The position numbers and the translations under genes were made by a program. A DNA stretch of 64,000 nt from Minisyncoccota bacterium (lineage in GTDB: Bacteria; Patescibacteriota; Minisyncoccia; Phycocordibacterales; UBA9973), in NCBI GenBank assembly GCA_041650615.1, contig JBAZKU010000001.1, positions 185,216 to 249,215 of the forward strand, read 5' to 3'. The notes beneath the pieces were generated by a model. It was not told where the DNA came from. It ran no database searches and saw nothing but the letters and a program-made list of their open reading frames with translations. Below, in pieces: positions 47,779 through 58,249 of this stretch (position 1 is the first letter of the stretch; each line of letters begins with the position of its first letter).

Positions 47779-49911
47779 TTATTGTTCTTTTTTAGTATTA
47801 TTTTTATCAGAAGTAATGGCAGAGGTAGCATTAGAACTTCCACTCTTTAAAGAATTAACATACTGCACTATGTCTTTATTGTCGGGGGCAAGAGATAAAG
47901 CCTCTTCTGCGTAAGCAAGAGCATTAGTATTGTTGCCATTGCTTTTCTCTATCTGAGAAATTGCAATTAAGGCATCTATATAATCGGGCTTCAAAGTAAG
48001 AGCCTCTTTCACAGAATTTTTTGCATCATTTACTTTTCCATTGGCAAAAAATACACGTGCCATGGCAAGTTTTATTCCAGGATTTAATGGATTAAGAGTT
48101 GAGGCTGTTTCATATGCCTCAATCGCTTTTTCAAAGGAATCTTCTATCCCCAATAAGGCAATTGTACTATACACAGTTCCTAAGGAGTCGTAATTTAAAT
48201 AATTTGTATTATTGTATGCCACCGCCAGTTGTGCGCCATTTATCGCTTGGCTAAAACTTGCTTGCAAATTAGCTTTATCTGTTTCAGTCAAAGAAGACCC
48301 TTTAGTAGATATAGAATTAATCTTTGCAAGGTAAACTTGCGCATAAGTGCGTAAATATAAATCGTTTTGATATAGCGAAACGGCTTTATTGATGGAATCT
48401 TCAGCTATGGGAATAGTAGAAGCAGAAAGTGTTTTTCCAAAATATATGACAGAGGCTAATCGTTCTATATATTTTACTCCGGCAGCGATAGAAGCAATCA
48501 TTATTACCACCAGGAAAAGTATGGAGAAAAAACTTTTTCTAGGGTCATCCAAAAACGAAAATGACATTTCTTTATTGAGATGACTGGAAGAAGATAAGCC
48601 TATAAACACTCCAGTGAAAGCAAAAGCCAATAAAAATATAACCCCACCCGTAGAATAGAAGAAAGATGCAGCAAACAAATAAAGGGACGCTACAAAGAAT
48701 ACCACCACTTCCCAATTTGTGTTGTTTTTAATACTAAAAAAAATAGATTTTATACCGGCAATTATAAATAAAACAAAAAACACAAGCCAAGCCAGGATAC
48801 CTAAATATCCGGTAGTGGAAGCAAAGGTTGGCAATAATCCCGAACCAGAATCAAAAGAAGCATTCCAAAATTGAGTAGAATTAATGACTTGAGGTTTATA
48901 CATTGCCCATACTTCTCCAAATTTATTCGGACCTGCACCTAGAATCGGATTTTTAATAAGAACATCTTTTGTCACTGACATTGTAGCTCCAAAAGAAGGC
49001 CTAATCTCAATATTTGACAAGCCTAAGCGATCCGGTAAAAATCCTCCGATAAATTGACTGGACATAAAAAACAAAAGTGAAAATAAAACTATAACGAAAG
49101 AAAACATCGGAAAACGTTTTTTCATTCCTTCTACTTCTATCTCTTCGGCAGGCAAGCTTTCTTGTCCGAGAGGCAGACGTTTTCCGCCAAAAGAAAAAGA
49201 GACTTTATAAACAAAAATAATTAAAGCAAAAATTCCAAGAAGTTCCCAAACTAACGGAAAATTCACCGCCACAGCCAGTATAATTGAAAATGTAATTAAA
49301 ATTCCCAGTAGCCATTTGGCTGTTTTTGAGATAGAAAAAAATTCAATTATAAAAAGGGGCATAATGACAGAAAAACCGGCAAAGAGTCCGAATGAATTCC
49401 AAGACCCCAAAATATTATCGGTCTTTCCACTTAAAACTCCTAACGACAAAAATTCAGGTATAAAAAAACGAAAAGTCTGAAATATAAACAAAATAGCAGA
49501 AGATAAAATTAGGCCTAAAAAAACTGCCATAGCTTTTCTTTTATCTTTTAAAACAATAGAAGAAATCAACATCAAAAGAATAGCTCCTAGCATAAAATAA
49601 AAAGTGCCAATATCAAACATTGTGCCAAAAAGAGATACTTTCAAAGCCGAGGAAAATAAAGCAGAAGCAAGAAACACTAAGAGAATTCCGAAAACAGAAA
49701 ACAAGAGCCAAGATTTTGGTAAATTAATCTTTCCATCTAAAAATCGAGCTGCTATCCAAGAAACTATTGAAATAACCAAACCTACCACTAAAAGCAAACC
49801 TTTTGAAGTTTCAGTCGGAATTTGAGTGAAAGGCAGAAAGAAAATCGGTAATAACACTATCACTGTAAAAAGCGACCAAAAAGAGATTCTATCTAAAATA
49901 TTTGATAACAT
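47779..49911 (-). CDS. Polytopic O-antigen-ligase-like membrane protein with C-terminal TPR repeats
   Basis: Many TM helices, P.LG.GP..F, A..L.P TPR units; start taken at MLSNIL. Confidence 0.8.
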   Translation of the reverse strand: MLSNILDRISFWSLFTVIVLLPIFFLPFTQIPTETSKGLLLVVGLVISIVSWIAARFLDGKINLPKSWLLFSVFGILLVFLASALFSSALKVSLFGTMFDIGTFYFMLGAILLMLISSIVLKDKRKAMAVFLGLILSSAILFIFQTFRFFIPEFLSLGVLSGKTDNILGSWNSFGLFAGFSVIMPLFIIEFFSISKTAKWLLGILITFSIILAVAVNFPLVWELLGIFALIIFVYKVSFSFGGKRLPLGQESLPAEEIEVEGMKKRFPMFSFVIVLFSLLFFMSSQFIGGFLPDRLGLSNIEIRPSFGATMSVTKDVLIKNPILGAGPNKFGEVWAMYKPQVINSTQFWNASFDSGSGLLPTFASTTGYLGILAWLVFFVLFIIAGIKSIFFSIKNNTNWEVVVFFVASLYLFAASFFYSTGGVIFLLAFAFTGVFIGLSSSSHLNKEMSFSFLDDPRKSFFSILFLVVIMIASIAAGVKYIERLASVIYFGKTLSASTIPIAEDSINKAVSLYQNDLYLRTYAQVYLAKINSISTKGSSLTETDKANLQASFSQAINGAQLAVAYNNTNYLNYDSLGTVYSTIALLGIEDSFEKAIEAYETASTLNPLNPGIKLAMARVFFANGKVNDAKNSVKEALTLKPDYIDALIAISQIEKSNGNNTNALAYAEEALSLAPDNKDIVQYVNSLKSGSSNATSAITSDKNNTKKEQ

Positions 49912-49917
49912 ATTATT

Positions 49918-49947
49918 TTCGCTCAAGGCGAATCCGCCCATGGCGGA
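49918..49947. repeat. Tandem TCCGCC-N3-GGCGGA hairpins
   Basis: TTCGCTCAAGGCGAA-TCCGCCCATGGCGGA; same family as 1592-1606. Confidence 0.75.
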
Positions 49948-50030
49948 AAGAATATTAATAAAAACTTTCAACGACTTTATTGATACTCACATCATACTAT
50001 AAATCGGCTGCATTTAACAAGCATATTAGG

Positions 50031-52619
50031 CTAACTTAGTATGTTAATAACCCTATTTTTTACATAAATGACTCTTTTTATATCTTTATTCAGATGTTTT
50101 AAAACATTTTCATCTGTAAGAGCTTTTTTCTTCACTTCATCTTCTATCTCATCCATTTGGATCAAAATTTCAGATCTGACTCTACCATTTACTTGCACGG
50201 CAATTTTTATTTCCTGGTCTTTTACTAAATCCTCATCCCATTTTGGCCAAGCTGAAAGATGAATACTTTTTTTCTCTCCTAAATCATACCAAATATTTTC
50301 AGTAATGTGTGGAGCAAATGGAGCTAAAATTTGCAAGAATTTTTTGTAATCTTCCGCGTCTATATTTTCCACTTTTTCCATTTCTGTCGCGAGTATCATC
50401 ATGGCGGAAATCGCAGTATTAAAACGCATATTTTCTATATCTTCCGAAACTTTTTTAATTGTTTTGTGTAGTAGCTTTTTCAAAGATTGCGAAGCAGAAC
50501 TTTTTTCGGCATACGCAATATTAGGTTCGTGAACCACATTCAGGTTCGAGTGCGAGCCGTGAAAAAGTTGCTGCTTCGCAATCTTTTCTGCTATTCTCCA
50601 AACTTTTTCTATAAATCTTCTAGAACCAATAATACTTTCCGTGCTCCAGGCAACTGCTTCCTCAAACGGTCCCATAAACATTTCATAGACACGCAAAGTG
50701 TCTGCGCCGTAAGTTTTAACAATATCGTCTGGATTTACGACATTACCTAAAGATTTTGACATTTTTACCCCTCCTTCGCCCAAAATCATCCCATGAGAAG
50801 TTCTTTTCTGATAAGGTTCTACTGTTGGCACAAGTTTTAAATCATATAAAAACTTATGCCAAAAACGTGAATACAATAAATGAAGAGTGGTGTGTTCCAT
50901 TCCCCCGTTATACCAATCAATCGGCGTCCAATATTTTAATTTTTTCTTATCTGCAAAGATTTTATTATTTTTAGGGTCCGTATATCTTAAATAATACCAA
51001 GAGCTTCCAGCCCAGTTCGGCATCGTGTCTGTTTCCCTTTTTGCTTTGCCGCCGCATTTCGGACATTTTGTATTTACCCATTTTGAAATGGAGGCAAGCG
51101 GAGATTCGCCCGTATCTGTCGGTTTATAACTTTTTACTTCTGGTAATTTTATCGGCAAGTCCTTATCCGGCACCGGTACCAGTCCGCATTTTTCGCAATT
51201 AACCAACGGTATCGGTTCACCCCAGTATCTCTGTCTTGAAAAGACCCAATCTCTTAATTTGAATTTTGTGACAATTTTCCCACCGACAAATTCCGTGATT
51301 TTTTTTCGGGCTTCTTCAGAACCCATGTAATCAAATTGTTTAGAAGAATGTATTAAAATACCTTCCCCATCATAAAAATCTTTTGGTTCTCCTTCCAATA
51401 AATCTGCATCAGTAATAACCTGTCTTATCGGCAAATTGTATTTCTTAGCAAAAGCAAAATCTCTTTCATCATGAGCAGGAACTGCCATAATGGCGCCTGT
51501 GCCATAATCCGGCAATACATAGTCAGCAATAAAAACAGGCACTTCTTCATCATTTGCCGGATTTATTGCTTTAATGCCTTTTAACTCCACCCCCGTTTTT
51601 TCTTTTTCATCAGCCGTTCTTTCAATTTCAGATTTTTTCTTTGCCTTTTTTATATATTCTTCAACTTCTTTTTTATTTTTAACTTGCCCTAAAAATTTTG
51701 TCACCAACGGATGTTCAGGAGCAAGTACGACATAAGTCGCTCCAAAAAGCGTATCCGCGCGCGTGGTGAATACTTTTATTTTAAAAGATTGCGAAGCAGT
51801 GCTTTTTTCGGCATACGCAATATTAGGTTCGTTAACCATATTCAGGTTCGAGTGCGAGCCGTGAAAAAGCATCTGCTTCGCAATCTTTATCTTAAAAACA
51901 ATCTCGCTTCCTTCCGACTTTCCTATCCAGTTTCTTTGCTGAATTTTTACCCGCTCCGGATAGTCAACCAAATCCAAATCTTTATCCAATCTATCCGCGT
52001 ATTTTGTAATTGCCAGCATCCATTGTTCTTTTTCTCTCTTTTCCGTCTTACTTCCGCAACGTTCGCAAATTCCGCCTGACGCCTCCTCGTTCGCCAAGCC
52101 GATTTTACAGGAAGGGCACCAATTTATATAAGATTTCGCTTTATATGCCAAACCTTTTTTGAAAAATTGCAAAAATATCCATTGCGTCCATTTATAATAT
52201 TTAGGGTCGGTAGTATTTATTTCCCGGGTCCAATCAAAAGAAATGCCAAGCATTTTTATTTGCCTACGGAAATTGTCCGTATTTTTTTTAGTTACAATTG
52301 CCGGATGAATACCTGTTTTAATAGCATAATTTTCTGTTGGTAAACCAAAGGCATCCCAACCGATAGGATAAAGTACATTTAAACCTTCCATTCTTTTTTT
52401 TCTAGAAATAACATCCATTCCGATATATGGCCTCGGATGTCCTACGTGCAGTCCATCGCCGGATGGATAAGGAAATTCAATTAGGGCGTAAAATTTACGC
52501 CCTAATCGCCCCGTAGCGAGTTTTGCTCCACTACCGGGGCTCGTGGTATTGTAAATTCCGCTCTTCTCCCATTCTTTTTGAACCCTTAATTCGATTTTTT
52601 TATGATCATATTCCTTCAT
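50031..52619 (-). CDS. leuS: Leucyl-tRNA synthetase with three in-frame insertions
   Basis: FPYPSG.GLHVGH, FSRQRYWGEP and KMSKS. Confidence 0.97.
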   Translation of the reverse strand: MKEYDHKKIELRVQKEWEKSGIYNTTSPGSGAKLATGRLGRKFYALIEFPYPSGDGLHVGHPRPYIGMDVISRKKRMEGLNVLYPIGWDAFGLPTENYAIKTGIHPAIVTKKNTDNFRRQIKMLGISFDWTREINTTDPKYYKWTQWIFLQFFKKGLAYKAKSYINWCPSCKIGLANEEASGGICERCGSKTEKREKEQWMLAITKYADRLDKDLDLVDYPERVKIQQRNWIGKSEGSEIVFKIKIAKQMLFHGSHSNLNMVNEPNIAYAEKSTASQSFKIKVFTTRADTLFGATYVVLAPEHPLVTKFLGQVKNKKEVEEYIKKAKKKSEIERTADEKEKTGVELKGIKAINPANDEEVPVFIADYVLPDYGTGAIMAVPAHDERDFAFAKKYNLPIRQVITDADLLEGEPKDFYDGEGILIHSSKQFDYMGSEEARKKITEFVGGKIVTKFKLRDWVFSRQRYWGEPIPLVNCEKCGLVPVPDKDLPIKLPEVKSYKPTDTGESPLASISKWVNTKCPKCGGKAKRETDTMPNWAGSSWYYLRYTDPKNNKIFADKKKLKYWTPIDWYNGGMEHTTLHLLYSRFWHKFLYDLKLVPTVEPYQKRTSHGMILGEGGVKMSKSLGNVVNPDDIVKTYGADTLRVYEMFMGPFEEAVAWSTESIIGSRRFIEKVWRIAEKIAKQQLFHGSHSNLNVVHEPNIAYAEKSSASQSLKKLLHKTIKKVSEDIENMRFNTAISAMMILATEMEKVENIDAEDYKKFLQILAPFAPHITENIWYDLGEKKSIHLSAWPKWDEDLVKDQEIKIAVQVNGRVRSEILIQMDEIEDEVKKKALTDENVLKHLNKDIKRVIYVKNRVINILS
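50482..50586. repeat. Family C element, leuS copy 1 (105 bp, in frame)
   Basis: Arms AAAGATTGCGAAGCAG / CTGCTTCGCAATCTTT. Confidence 0.95.
51784..51888. repeat. Family C element, leuS copy 2 (105 bp, in frame)
   Basis: Near-identical to 50482-50586 with compensatory stem changes. Confidence 0.95.
52508..52540. repeat. GCCCCGTAG-family hairpin in the leuS N-terminus
   Basis: GCCCCGTAGCGAGTTTTGCTCCACTACCGGGGC, 33 bp; encodes SPGSGAKLATGR. Confidence 0.82.
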
Positions 52620-52639
52620 AAAATCACTTAACAATATTT

Positions 52640-53674
52640 TTATCTTACTGCAGATTTTGAATACGGCGGATAAATATCTTTATCTATGGTGCGCTCAAAA
52701 CAAGTTCGCCCGGATTGGTGGTCCCAAGATTCATTTATTCCTCCTCTGTATGGATAAGACACAGCAGATGTTTCTTTGGTGTCATAAGCAACCATCGGTA
52801 TTATTCCTCCACCATTACTGCTACCGTACTCCCTCCAACCTTGCGGCATCGGCAAAGCGAAAGTGGCGCAAAGTTCAAATTTTAGTTCATCCTTTATGAA
52901 ATATTCATATATATTCCCCTTTTCAAATTCCGGGTCAACAGGCAATGAATACCCTGTCAGAGGATTGGAGAGATCAGAAAGCTTAGCTGGTAATTTTTCT
53001 TTTTGCTGCCAATAATTTATTACCTGATATTGAATACTTTGGAGATCATCTATTCGTTTATCATCCAAGCGAAGCGATCTTTGTTTTGCTGGGCTACCCA
53101 TAATTAAGAAACTGAAAGAGATTGCCGCGATAACTAAAATAAAACTAACGGAAGAAAAAATCAGACCGCTTCTTCTTATATTAAAACCAAATATTTTATT
53201 GTCTTTGAGATCCAGAATGTAATATTTACCAACAACCAAAGCGGTTACCAATACCACAACAACCTTTAGTATGAATCTGGTAGTAATTTCACCGGAGATA
53301 AAATATCTTATAAGCGCAACCAAATCCACCATGAGAACCATCGCGGATAAAAATAAAATAATATATATAACCCATTTTCTAATAATATGGTCCGTGGTTC
53401 CCATTTCTCCTTTGGTAAATTTTTTCCAAAAATAAGAAATTATAAGAAAAACGGGGAAAAATATAATGAGAGTAGCGAGCGCCATACGGATATTTTCATA
53501 ATCATAAGTTAAATACCCATATTGGTAACTTGCGTTTAAAACATCCGGGAAACGTTTATTTAGCGTCTCAAAAACAAGGTTAAGAAAAGATGTTACCGAA
53601 GTTATTAATGTTATTAATAATCCCAAACACAAAAAGAAAAAACCTATATTTAGTCTTTGTTTATTTGTTTCCAT
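52640..53674 (-). CDS. Conserved membrane protein (DUF5671-like)
   Basis: Several TM helices, IRKW.IY, GE.T.RF and GSP..QR....D..R..DL. Confidence 0.75.
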   Translation of the reverse strand: METNKQRLNIGFFFLCLGLLITLITSVTSFLNLVFETLNKRFPDVLNASYQYGYLTYDYENIRMALATLIIFFPVFLIISYFWKKFTKGEMGTTDHIIRKWVIYIILFLSAMVLMVDLVALIRYFISGEITTRFILKVVVVLVTALVVGKYYILDLKDNKIFGFNIRRSGLIFSSVSFILVIAAISFSFLIMGSPAKQRSLRLDDKRIDDLQSIQYQVINYWQQKEKLPAKLSDLSNPLTGYSLPVDPEFEKGNIYEYFIKDELKFELCATFALPMPQGWREYGSSNGGGIIPMVAYDTKETSAVSYPYRGGINESWDHQSGRTCFERTIDKDIYPPYSKSAVR

Positions 53675-53685
53675 ATCTTTTTATT

Positions 53686-54651
53686 TTAGCACCAAATAGC
53701 CGTATTTGAAAGCGGAATAATGCGATTGTTTGATTTTTCAAGCAAGCATAATTCACCGGCTGAAACTTCCCCTTTCAAGCCAGTCATAATATTTTCCAGC
53801 GCATAACCTAAAGAGAATGAAGACAAATCTGTCGCATAAGAATTTAAAATAATAAAAAGCGGTTTGTCGCTTAAAATTTTTCGCACCCCTTCTAGAAGCT
53901 TCGGCAAATCTTTTTCTATGTCCCAAGTTTCCCCTTTTGGTCCGCGGCCGAATTTCGGCGGGTCCATTATCACAGCATCATACTTGTTTCCCCTTTTTTC
54001 TTCACGTTCAATAAATTTTAAAACATCTTCACAGATAATTCGCATTGGCATATCTCCCAATCCAGAAATTTTTTGATTTTCTTTTGCCCATTCGGTGGAA
54101 GATTTTGAAGCGTCTATGTGTGTGACTTCCGCGCCGGCACGAAGAGCAAAAAGACTGGCCACCCCGGTGTAACCGAATAAATTTAAGAATTTAATTCTAG
54201 GCGAGCTTGAGGAAGAATTTTTTAGAAACGTGTGGGTCCCCTGTCCTTTTGACTCCGAGGGCGCAGTTTCAGAAAAATTCTTCCTCAAGCTCGCCATTCC
54301 GATTTTTTCTTCTATAAAATCCCAATGAACTGCCTGTTCGGGGAAAAAACCTAAATGTCTGAAAGGTGTAGGTGAAGCCAAAAATTTGATACCTTTATAC
54401 GACATTCCCCATTTATCTCCAATTTTTTTGTTCATTTTCCAGCCACTCTTAGCGCCAGTCTTAGAACTCCAAAACTTTCCGTCTGCTTTTCCCCACTCTT
54501 TGCTTCCCAGAGTTTTATTCCAAACAGCCTCCTCATAAGGACGTATAAAAGTATATGGACCAAACTTTTCTAATTTCTCTCCCTCTCCTGTATCCAGAAG
54601 CTTATAATCAACCCAATCTTTTGCACAAAAAATTTTAATTTCTTTTTTCAT
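53686..54651 (-). CDS. Class I SAM-dependent (rRNA-type) methyltransferase with a 32-aa insertion
   Basis: H.G.FPEQ, LNLFGYTG and DPPKFGRG. Confidence 0.9.
   Translation of the reverse strand: MKKEIKIFCAKDWVDYKLLDTGEGEKLEKFGPYTFIRPYEEAVWNKTLGSKEWGKADGKFWSSKTGAKSGWKMNKKIGDKWGMSYKGIKFLASPTPFRHLGFFPEQAVHWDFIEEKIGMASLRKNFSETAPSESKGQGTHTFLKNSSSSSPRIKFLNLFGYTGVASLFALRAGAEVTHIDASKSSTEWAKENQKISGLGDMPMRIICEDVLKFIEREEKRGNKYDAVIMDPPKFGRGPKGETWDIEKDLPKLLEGVRKILSDKPLFIILNSYATDLSSFSLGYALENIMTGLKGEVSAGELCLLEKSNNRIIPLSNTAIWC
54200..54295. repeat. Family D element in frame in the methyltransferase (96 bp)
   Basis: 23-bp perfect inverted arms GGCGAGCTTGAGGAAGAATTTTT; core matches 9520-9552. Confidence 0.92.
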
Positions 54652-54655
54652 TATT

Positions 54656-55474
54656 TTATATTAAAAATTCTATTACGTCGCCATCTTTGACTATATAATC
54701 CTTGCCTTCGGTTCGCACCCAACCTTTTTCTCTGGCTTTTACGAAAGAACCAGCTTCTATAAGCTTCTCATAAGCTACTACTTCTGCTCGAATAAATTTA
54801 TCTCGAAAATCGGTATGAATAGATTTACCGGCAATGGGCGCTGTGGCTCCACGAATCGTAGTCCAGGCACGAGATTCATCTTCTCCAGTGGTAAAAAACG
54901 TAATTAAATTTAATAAATCATAACCAGCCTGAATAAGTTTATCTAACCCTGTGCCGAAAATTGGGTCCACTTCTATATAGGGTCCGGGAAGTTTGGAAAT
55001 GAAATCTTTTTTTATATTTTCCGCCGCTTCGGAAGTGTTTAAAACATAAAGCGTCGGTTTTTTAATCCCCGCTTGTTCCAATTCAAAGTTTATCACTTCT
55101 ATATCAAAAAGCGGATCAATTTTGTCGTGCACATGAATCATCGTTTTATCTTCAAAAATTCGCACCACTTCAATAATTGCATCCACTTCGCGAATATGCG
55201 AGAGAAATTTATTGCCAAGCCCCGCGCCCTCTGATGCTCCCTTTACCAAGCCGGCAATATCCACAAATTCAACTACTGCCGGAATGGTTTTTTTTGATTT
55301 GGACATTTCTGAAAGTTTGATTAAACGTTCATCCGGCACCGGCACAATGCCCACTGACGGGTCAATGGTGCAAAAAGGATAATTCTCCGCCGGGACACTT
55401 TTTTTTGTCAGCGCGTTAAAAAGCGTGGATTTTCCGACGTTCGGTAAACCTACAATTCCTATACTTAATGACAT
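54656..55474 (-). CDS. ychF: YchF/OLA1 ATPase, shortened
   Basis: [24 protein letters not shown] and TGS domain ending DGDVI.F. Confidence 0.93.
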   Translation of the reverse strand: MSLSIGIVGLPNVGKSTLFNALTKKSVPAENYPFCTIDPSVGIVPVPDERLIKLSEMSKSKKTIPAVVEFVDIAGLVKGASEGAGLGNKFLSHIREVDAIIEVVRIFEDKTMIHVHDKIDPLFDIEVINFELEQAGIKKPTLYVLNTSEAAENIKKDFISKLPGPYIEVDPIFGTGLDKLIQAGYDLLNLITFFTTGEDESRAWTTIRGATAPIAGKSIHTDFRDKFIRAEVVAYEKLIEAGSFVKAREKGWVRTEGKDYIVKDGDVIEFLI

Positions 55475-55513
55475 AATATGGTTTATTTTATCACAAAAAT
55501 CTATAAATCCTTA

Positions 55514-56971
55514 TTATTCATCTATTATCTCAAAATCGCTTCCTGGTATACTTGAAACAGATTTTCTATTGCGATTGCGGATAAAATAGGTTGCGCTTGC
55601 ACTAATTCCAAGAAAAGCAAATAAGCCGAAAATTCCGTATATAAAATTATCTTTCGCATTGGAAATATTCTCTTCACTCTTTACAGCTACTGCTCCTAAA
55701 TTTTCAGAAGAAACTTGCGGAGTTTCTTTGGGTGTTTCTATTGTTGGTTTAGCCACTGCAATGTTTTTATTGGTATTTGACTCCGATATTTTTGATGTAG
55801 GGGGTAAATAATTAAAGATAATTTCCCCTTGCGGATTTAGTAATTTTAAAGCGTTTTTATCAAAAACAGAAAAACCGGTAATTTTAGACGATAAAATGAT
55901 TTTCTTTTTTGGCCCTAAAATTGTGTTATTAGGTAAAGTAAAAATTTTTCCATTTCCCGCAAGAATCCATTTTGAAAGATCGGCATCATATGAAGTATTA
56001 TTTAAAATTTCCACAAAGAAATCTTTTTCATCCCCGACGCTGGATATTGAAATATCCGCCTTTATCACTTTAATAATTATCTTGTCGGACGCGTCAGGAT
56101 TTAGAGAATTATTATTTTGAAAATATTCCAAGGCGACAGTATATTCTCCTTCATAGAGAAAGATATGCGTGAGTTTTGTCGGATTATTGACTCCTGTTTC
56201 TTTTGAATCACCATCTCCAAAATTCCAGAAATATTTGCCATAAGAAAGCGGTTCGTTAGAATATCCGGTAGCAGTGGCACTAAACTCTATCGGTATTCCC
56301 ATAAAAGAAAACGTTTTGGTGGAAATTTTTGTTTTAATTTTTGAAGTTTCAGTAGTCTTTGTTTTTGCAGTTATTGTTGAATCTGAGGAATCGGCATTTC
56401 CGGCCACATAATTATCGCTTGATGTTGCGCTGTCATCAGTTGTATTATTATCGGTACTATTTGTTTGCGAAATTTGATTTTCCGCTTTTGGCGTAGGAGA
56501 AGAAACAGTCCAACTGCTTCCTATCTTTTGAATACTTTCCCCAACAATTGGATTAGGCGCGCAAGTTCCATCACAATCACTGGCACTTCCCCAACCAATT
56601 TTATCAACTATTTCTTGATCTGAATTCTTTAATTGAATTGTATTTGATTCGGTAAGGGTTAAATTATCCAAAATAATATCGGCATTATCCATTGCACTTT
56701 TTGAAATTAAAAAATAGCTATTAGCATTTATTGTCTTACTTTCAAAATGAGTTTTTGAAACGAGAGAACCAAAACTACTACCTGTCTGAGTTTTTCTTTG
56801 AATATACCAATTAGTTAAATCAACTACTGAATCACCTGAATTATAAAGTTCAATAAATCTTTCTTCTGTGGGATTTAATTGAACCTCATTAATTATCACA
56901 CTTGCTTGGGCAATAGTGCACCCAAAAAACAAAAAAATTCCTGTCAAAATAGGGATTATCTTCCTAGGCAT
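55514..56971 (-). CDS. Secreted lamin-tail/PKD domain protein with C-terminal TM anchor
   Basis: IINEV..FIELYN and WNFGDG. Confidence 0.8.
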   Translation of the reverse strand: MPRKIIPILTGIFLFFGCTIAQASVIINEVQLNPTEERFIELYNSGDSVVDLTNWYIQRKTQTGSSFGSLVSKTHFESKTINANSYFLISKSAMDNADIILDNLTLTESNTIQLKNSDQEIVDKIGWGSASDCDGTCAPNPIVGESIQKIGSSWTVSSPTPKAENQISQTNSTDNNTTDDSATSSDNYVAGNADSSDSTITAKTKTTETSKIKTKISTKTFSFMGIPIEFSATATGYSNEPLSYGKYFWNFGDGDSKETGVNNPTKLTHIFLYEGEYTVALEYFQNNNSLNPDASDKIIIKVIKADISISSVGDEKDFFVEILNNTSYDADLSKWILAGNGKIFTLPNNTILGPKKKIILSSKITGFSVFDKNALKLLNPQGEIIFNYLPPTSKISESNTNKNIAVAKPTIETPKETPQVSSENLGAVAVKSEENISNAKDNFIYGIFGLFAFLGISASATYFIRNRNRKSVSSIPGSDFEIIDE

Positions 56972-57012
56972 AGTTTATTTAAATTATTTTTATAATATGA
57001 TATGATTATAGC

Positions 57013-58014
57013 ATGAAAAAAATAGATTTTCTTGCTATTGGGGATATTGTGGTAGACGCATTTATAAAAATAAAAGACGCGCATGTAAATTGCAAATTGG
57101 ACACAAATGCCTGCGAACTCTGTTTTCGTTTTAGAGATAAAGTGCCTTATGAATCGGTAAATGTAATTCCGGCTGTCGGCAATAGCGCAAATGCCGCAGT
57201 TTGCGCTGCTAGGCTCGGGCTGAATACGGCTTTTATGACAAATATGGGCGATGATCAGAATGGAAAAGACTGCTTGGCAGTATTGGAAAAAGAAAAAATT
57301 GACACAACGTTTGTAAAAATAGAAAAAAATAAAAGTACGAATTACCACTATGTCCTTTGGTATGATATTGACCGCACTATTTTGGTAAAACATCAAGAAT
57401 ATGAACGCGAATGGCCAGACACTAAAGAAGCCAACACTCCAGCTTGGATTTATTTAACTTCTTTAGGAGAAGATTCCCTGCCTTTTCATAATGAGATATC
57501 AAATTATTTAAAAAAACATCTGGAAGTAAAATTAGCTTTTCAACCGGGCACTTATCAAATGAAATTTGGCACCGAAAATTTAAAAGATATTTATGCGTGT
57601 ACGGAAATCTTCTTTTGCAATCTTGAGGAGGCTGAAAGAATCTTGAAAATTGAAAATAAAGATGTTTTAACACTATCAAAAGGCATTGCGGCTTTGGGCC
57701 CCAAAATGGTTGTAATAAGTGACGGACCGAAAGGCGCTTATTTTTATAAAGATGGAGAATTATGGCATAATCCCATTTATCCGGATATTGCTCCACCCAC
57801 AGACCGCACCGGAGCCGGAGATGCTTTTTCTTCCACTTTTACCGCAGCTTTGGCTTTAGGAAAATCACCCCTTGAGGCATTTTCTTGGGGACCGATAAAT
57901 TCAATGTCCGTAATCCAATATGTCGGAGCGCGAGAAGGATTGCTAAATCGTGAAAAATTGGAAGAGTATTTAAGGACCGCCCCGGAAAGTTATAAGGTTA
58001 AAAAAATAAGCTAA
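57013..58014 (+). CDS. PfkB family carbohydrate kinase
   Basis: GNSANAAV and DRTGAGDAF. Confidence 0.92.
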   Translation: MKKIDFLAIGDIVVDAFIKIKDAHVNCKLDTNACELCFRFRDKVPYESVNVIPAVGNSANAAVCAARLGLNTAFMTNMGDDQNGKDCLAVLEKEKIDTTFVKIEKNKSTNYHYVLWYDIDRTILVKHQEYEREWPDTKEANTPAWIYLTSLGEDSLPFHNEISNYLKKHLEVKLAFQPGTYQMKFGTENLKDIYACTEIFFCNLEEAERILKIENKDVLTLSKGIAALGPKMVVISDGPKGAYFYKDGELWHNPIYPDIAPPTDRTGAGDAFSSTFTAALALGKSPLEAFSWGPINSMSVIQYVGAREGLLNREKLEEYLRTAPESYKVKKIS

Positions 58015-58018
58015 TTTT

Positions 58019-58249
58019 ATGCAAGAAGCATTACCCAAAACAGAAGAAGAAAAAATTATAGGCGAATTATTAAAGAAAAGTTCTGAACTTTATCTTGAGA
58101 CAAAAGAGCTTGAAAAAAAATTAAATAAAACAAACAGCGAAGAAACTAAAACGCTTATTAAAGAAGAAATTTTCAAATTAACAAAAGAAAAAAATAAAAT
58201 AAATATTCAAATCGGAAAAATACAATCTGACTTAAGAAATAAAAATTAA
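58019..58249 (+). CDS. Hypothetical coiled-coil protein
   Basis: 76-aa ORF filling the gap between convergent genes. Confidence 0.55.
   Translation: MQEALPKTEEEKIIGELLKKSSELYLETKELEKKLNKTNSEETKTLIKEEIFKLTKEKNKINIQIGKIQSDLRNKN

Noticed and set aside
50482-50586. Inteins or group I/II introns as the explanation for coding insertions
   Set aside because: Too short, no intein terminal residues (Cys/Ser start, His-Asn end) and no recognisable intron core.
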